From an uncultured Chloroflexia bacterium (GTDB lineage Bacteria; Chloroflexota; Limnocylindria; Limnocylindrales; CSP1-4): 64,000 nt of DNA. Shown one piece after another: positions 58,750 to 64,000 of this stretch (position 1 is its first letter; each line of letters begins with the position of its first letter). The translations under genes and the position numbers were made by a program. The notes under the pieces were generated by a model, which was given only the letters and a program-made list of their open reading frames with translations, did no database searches and was not told the origin of the DNA. The stretch is taken from NCBI GenBank assembly GCA_963728605.1, contig CAVSKS010000008.1:43329-107328 (forward strand), read 5' to 3'.

Positions 58750-58778
58750 TTGTCAAGAGGTTGACACGGGCGTAGTCT
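58750..58778 (+). promoter_or_regulatory. candidate promoter TTGTCA-N17-TAGTCT for dnaG-rpoD
   Basis: Hexamers and spacer read directly. An additional TTGACA lies in the spacer (58761-58766). Confidence 0.5.
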
Positions 58779-58790
58779 TCCGCGCGAGAT

Positions 58791-58813
58791 GGCGTGTCAA
58801 GACTTGACACGCC
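58791..58813. promoter_or_regulatory. perfect palindrome GGCGTGTCAAG-A-CTTGACACGCC (copy 2)
   Basis: Identical to 52551-52573. It starts 13 nt after the -10. Confidence 0.8.
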
Positions 58814-58820
58814 CTCCGTC

Positions 58821-60749
58821 ATGCCCGGCGAGGTGCACTTGGCAGTCGGCGTTGCGGCCGAGGTGAAGAGCCGCTTGAACGTCGTCGACGTGGTCGGCGA
58901 GACGGTCAGCCTCAAGAAGGCGGGGACCACGTTCAAGGGCCTCTGCCCGTTCCACGGCGAGAAGACCCCGTCGTTCGTGGTCACGCCTGCCCGCGAGTCA
59001 TGGCACTGCTTCGGCTGCGGGCTCGGTGGCGACGTCTTCAGCTTCGTGATGCAGCGCGACGGCGTGCCATTCCCTGAGGCGCTTAAGCAGCTGGCCGCCA
59101 AGGCCGGCGTCGAGCTCGACGAGCGGACCCGCCGGGACGACGTCCGGAAGGCCCGCCTGCGCGAGGTCATGGAGGCGGCGATCGCCTTCTACCACGCCGT
59201 CCTTACGGCATCGAAGACGGGACAGGCGGCGCTCGAGTACCTCCGGGGTCGCGGCTTCACCGATGCCACGATTGAGACCTACCAGCTGGGCTGGGCGCCG
59301 GGTGGCTGGGACACGATGAGCCGGCAACTCCTGGAGCGACGCCAGATCCGGCCCGAGGAGCTGGCCGAGGTGGGACTGACCACGGCCCGCCAGGGCGGCC
59401 GGGGCGCGTACGACCGCTTCCGCGAACGGGTCATCTTCCCGATCCGCGACCAGAACGGCAGCCCGACCGGGCTGGGCGGCCGAATCCTGGCCGACGGCCC
59501 GGATCGCGGCCCGAAGTACCTCAACTCGCCGGCAACGCCGCTGTTCGACAAGAGCCGCAGCCTGTACCTGGTCGACAAGGCCAAGGGCCCGATGCGGAAG
59601 ACCGGCCAGGCGGTGATCGTCGAGGGCTACACCGATGCGCTGATGGCCCACCAGGCGGGCTTCGACACCGTCGTCGCCTCGCTGGGGACGGCGCTGACGC
59701 CGGGCCAGGTGGCGCTCCTGACGCGCTACGCCAAGCGCATCGCGCTGGCCTACGACGTGGACCCGGCGGGCGAGAAGGCGGGCACGTTCGGCGTCCAGGC
59801 GCTGGAAGCGCTGATCGGCCAGCTGGCCGTCGCCGACACCGGCATCGAGCTCGACGAGGTCCGTGTCGTGCGGCTGCCCGACGGCAAGGATCCCGACGAG
59901 GTCCTGCGCGACTCGCCGGATCGCTGGCGGGAAGAGGTCCGGACGGCGGAGCCGATCGTCGACTACCTCATCGACTTCCAGGCTCGCCAGGTCGATCTCA
60001 AGACGCCGGGTGGCAAGTCCCGGTTCGTGGACGCGATCCTGCCAACCGTCCGGGCCGTGCCCAATCCCGTGATGCGTGACGCCTACCTGGCACGGATCCG
60101 GCAGGTCAGCGGGGTGGAGGAGCGGACGCTCATCGAGATGCTCCACCGGCCGGCCCGTCACGGCGCCGACGCCGGACGGATCACCGCCGAATCGGTCACC
60201 GCCTCGCCGGATGCGCTGCCGATCGGCGAGATCCTGCGCTCGATCACCCGGACCGAACGGGACCTCCTGCGGCTGATGCTCCTCCGCCCCGACCAGCAGG
60301 TCCGGATCGCCGACGAGCTCGGGCCCGATCAGCTCCCCTCGACTGTCGCCCGGGAGGTCTACCGGACGATCGCCATCCAGCGGGCCTCGAACGACGAGGG
60401 CGTCCATCCGCCGTTCGACGCGACCGCACTCCTGGCGGCCCTCGACGACGAGACCGCGGCGCTCGTCCGGGCCCTGTACGCCCTCGACGGACCGAGTCCG
60501 CGGGACCTCGACCAGGGCGACGTGGATTACGTCATCGACAACCTGCTCCTCGATCTCGAGGAGGACCGGCTGTCTCATCGGACCGAGTTCACCCAGGACG
60601 CACTCGGCGAGGCGGAACGGGATGGCGACCGGCCATCGATCGACCGCCTGCTGCTGGAGCTCCGACAGCTCAACGAATCGCGCCGGTCGCTCGACCGGCG
60701 CCGCGACCAGACCCGCTACCTGACCCGACAGCTCGCGGGGCGCGCATGA
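58821..60749 (+). CDS. dnaG: DNA primase
   Basis: Zinc-ribbon CPFHGEKTPSF...CFGCG and TOPRIM VIVEGYTD / DPD motifs. ATG 58821 lacks a good SD. TTG 58839 (after GAGG) is the alternative. Confidence 0.9.
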   Translation: MPGEVHLAVGVAAEVKSRLNVVDVVGETVSLKKAGTTFKGLCPFHGEKTPSFVVTPARESWHCFGCGLGGDVFSFVMQRDGVPFPEALKQLAAKAGVELDERTRRDDVRKARLREVMEAAIAFYHAVLTASKTGQAALEYLRGRGFTDATIETYQLGWAPGGWDTMSRQLLERRQIRPEELAEVGLTTARQGGRGAYDRFRERVIFPIRDQNGSPTGLGGRILADGPDRGPKYLNSPATPLFDKSRSLYLVDKAKGPMRKTGQAVIVEGYTDALMAHQAGFDTVVASLGTALTPGQVALLTRYAKRIALAYDVDPAGEKAGTFGVQALEALIGQLAVADTGIELDEVRVVRLPDGKDPDEVLRDSPDRWREEVRTAEPIVDYLIDFQARQVDLKTPGGKSRFVDAILPTVRAVPNPVMRDAYLARIRQVSGVEERTLIEMLHRPARHGADAGRITAESVTASPDALPIGEILRSITRTERDLLRLMLLRPDQQVRIADELGPDQLPSTVAREVYRTIAIQRASNDEGVHPPFDATALLAALDDETAALVRALYALDGPSPRDLDQGDVDYVIDNLLLDLEEDRLSHRTEFTQDALGEAERDGDRPSIDRLLLELRQLNESRRSLDRRRDQTRYLTRQLAGRA

Positions 60750-60788
60750 GCGTCCCGGTCATCCCCGCACGCACTCCGGAGGACCGCC

Positions 60789-62513
<1,725 letters not shown>

Positions 62514-62562
62514 CGCAGCGGGCCCGCGGCGAGGGCCCCGCCGCCCGTCCGCACCGCCCGGC

Positions 62563-62734
62563 TCTTGCACGTGCCGCAAGTGTGAGAGCCCCTCGCCTGC
62601 GCAGGGGAGCCATTTTCGCCGCGAGGGCTCCAGATGTTGCGGCCCGCGCAAGGATTTAAGCCCGAAGCGCCTCCGAGGGCACTGTCAGGTCGCCGATACG
62701 GTCTCGGGGGCTCCCACACTTGCACCGCCGGCAA
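62563..62734. repeat. array B of three (C)TTGC-N7-GCAA(G) hairpin/palindrome units
   Basis: Units at 62563-62579, 62636-62650 and 62718-62734. Their flanks match array A in the same order. Confidence 0.75.
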
Positions 62735-63425
62735 GGTCACGGCGAGCACGGTGGGCCCGGCGGAGGAGAATGATCGCGCTACCTCCCGGATCCCGGCCTG
62801 CACGAAGGGCTCGCATTGCACGATCCCCCGGAATGGGAAACGTGACGTCGAGGTAGTCTGCGGCACCCGCCAGGAACTGCCGTGTCTGGCGCGTGTCCTT
62901 GAGGACGAGCAGGACGCCGTCCACGCGGCTGTCCCGGACCTTCGCCTGCAGGCGACGGTTGACGGCCTGGGCATCCCGCGGTGCCGACTCGAACTCGACA
63001 CCATATCGCCAATCCAGACCGCCAACGAGGCCGTCCCAGGCGCGCAGGTCACCCTGACCCGGCATCGGTGCCTCGCTCTGCCATCGGACGGACGGGTGGA
63101 TCAATTTCCGAAACGCCCTGGCCATCCCGACCTGGGCGGCGTCCCGAATGGGCTCTCCGGAGGGATAGGCACGCACCGATAGTTCGAGCCCGACGATTGC
63201 ACACAATCGGGCCAAATCGATGAGCGATACCCGAAGGACGAGTCCGCGCTCGATCCGGCTGAGTTTCGCCTCTGAGAACCCCGCCGCGCCGGCGACCCTA
63301 CGAAGGCTCAGGCCCCGATCACGACGCGCAGCGCGCAGCTCGTCGCCGATCGATACGACGAGGCGCCGGCCGCGCAACGTGCCGCGGTCGGCGGCCCGCT
63401 CTCTGTTTGCCAAGGCCATATCCAA
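62685..63425 (-). CDS. XRE-family HTH protein with an uncharacterised C-terminal domain (possible PD-(D/E)xK-like)
   Basis: HTH LSLRRVAGAAGFSEAKLSRIERG. The C-terminal WDGLV...YGVEFES...VLLVLKDT pattern is only suggestive of a nuclease fold. Confidence 0.65.
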   Translation of the reverse strand: MDMALANRERAADRGTLRGRRLVVSIGDELRAARRDRGLSLRRVAGAAGFSEAKLSRIERGLVLRVSLIDLARLCAIVGLELSVRAYPSGEPIRDAAQVGMARAFRKLIHPSVRWQSEAPMPGQGDLRAWDGLVGGLDWRYGVEFESAPRDAQAVNRRLQAKVRDSRVDGVLLVLKDTRQTRQFLAGAADYLDVTFPIPGDRAMRALRAGRDPGGSAIILLRRAHRARRDLAGGASVGAPETVSAT

Positions 63426-63458
63426 GCAAACCGGCCTTGGCCAGCACCTCCTGGCGAC

Positions 63459-64000
63459 TCACCGCGCAATTTGTCCCGGTTCGTCGCCCGTTGCCACGGC
63501 CTCGCCGGCCGTGCTCCAGTCGGAGTACGAGCCGGGGTAGAGGATCGGGTCCCGCAGGCCGGCCACCCGCATGGCAAGCGCGTTGTGACACGCGGAGATC
63601 CCGCTGCCACAGGACGTGACGACCTCGGAGGAGCCGTCGGCCGAGAGGCCGGCGAACCGCGCCCGGAGCGCAGCGCTGTCGAGGAACCGCCCGTCTGGCG
63701 CCAGGTTGCCGTCGGTCGGAGCGTTGCGCGCCGTCGGGATATGGCCCGCAACTGGATCGATGGGCTCGATCTCGCCGCGATACCGCGGCGCAGCCCGCGC
63801 ATCGAGCAACACCGCGTCCGAGAGGCGCTCCTTGAGTGCCGCCCGCTCGACGACCTTCGACCAGGCGCCTGCGAGGCCGTCGAGCCGCGCCGGCGGATAG
63901 CCAGGTTCGTTCTTCGCCACCGGCAGGCCGGCGGCCGTCCACGCCCCGAACCCGCCGTCCAGCACGGACACCGCCGCGTGTCCCAGGTCGTCCAGCATCC
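63459..64000 (-). CDS. rhodanese-domain sulfurtransferase (thiosulfate/3-mercaptopyruvate type), N-terminus outside the window
   Basis: Active-site loop CGSGISACH, YPGSYSDW, and the RYRGE..P motif of the catalytic rhodanese domain. Confidence 0.8.
   Translation of the reverse strand, partial: MLDDLGHAAVSVLDGGFGAWTAAGLPVAKNEPGYPPARLDGLAGAWSKVVERAALKERLSDAVLLDARAAPRYRGEIEPIDPVAGHIPTARNAPTDGNLAPDGRFLDSAALRARFAGLSADGSSEVVTSCGSGISACHNALAMRVAGLRDPILYPGSYSDWSTAGEAVATGDEPGQIAR

Overview
Very GC-rich bacterial chromosomal segment (about 70% GC by eye, not computed). The gene order looks Actinomycetota- or Terrabacteria-like. I call about 60 protein-coding genes. I found no rRNA, tRNA, CRISPR array, transposase or integrase. 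Many long antisense ORFs in the six-frame track are GC artefacts.

Layout:
- 1-11.6 kb: one long, largely translationally coupled housekeeping operon, acpS-nnrD-alr-[macro domain + 3 unknown genes]-tsaE-tsaB-rimI-tsaD-rsmA-ispE-ridA.
- 11.7-21 kb: glmU, a corC-like transporter, a polyprenyl synthase, recO, a dipeptidase, glyQS, a DUF3500 protein and FNR.
- 21-50 kb: a more accessory mix. It holds a heparinase-like protein, ppdK, a Ser/Thr kinase, ndh, a disrupted ADH, cupredoxin plus a DUF2330-like protein, an M14 carboxypeptidase, a two-component system, a CAP protein, an RCK channel, two tandem S1 proteases, a beta-helix protein and NMO.
- 50-64 kb: an ECF sigma with a PD40 anti-sigma-like protein, an extra rpoD-like sigma gene, a DUF385 protein, a TM-PD40-TM protein, a LipJ-like hydrolase-cyclase, dnaG-rpoD, an XRE-type protein and a rhodanese.

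Most unusual signals:
1. A ~95 bp promoter/leader module built from TTGACA/TGTCAA inverted repeats. It includes a perfect 11+1+11 palindrome and is present upstream of both the extra sigma gene and dnaG-rpoD.
2. Ordered arrays of CTTGC-N7-GCAAG hairpins downstream of both sigma paralogs.
3. 136-bp direct repeats bracketing the cyclase gene.
4. An uncharacterised, translationally coupled gene block wedged between alr and tsaE.

Caveat: at least five apparent single-base frameshifts hit conserved genes (glmU, DUF3500, ADH twice, and a small secreted protein). This suggests indel errors in the assembly rather than biology. Start codons are best guesses throughout.
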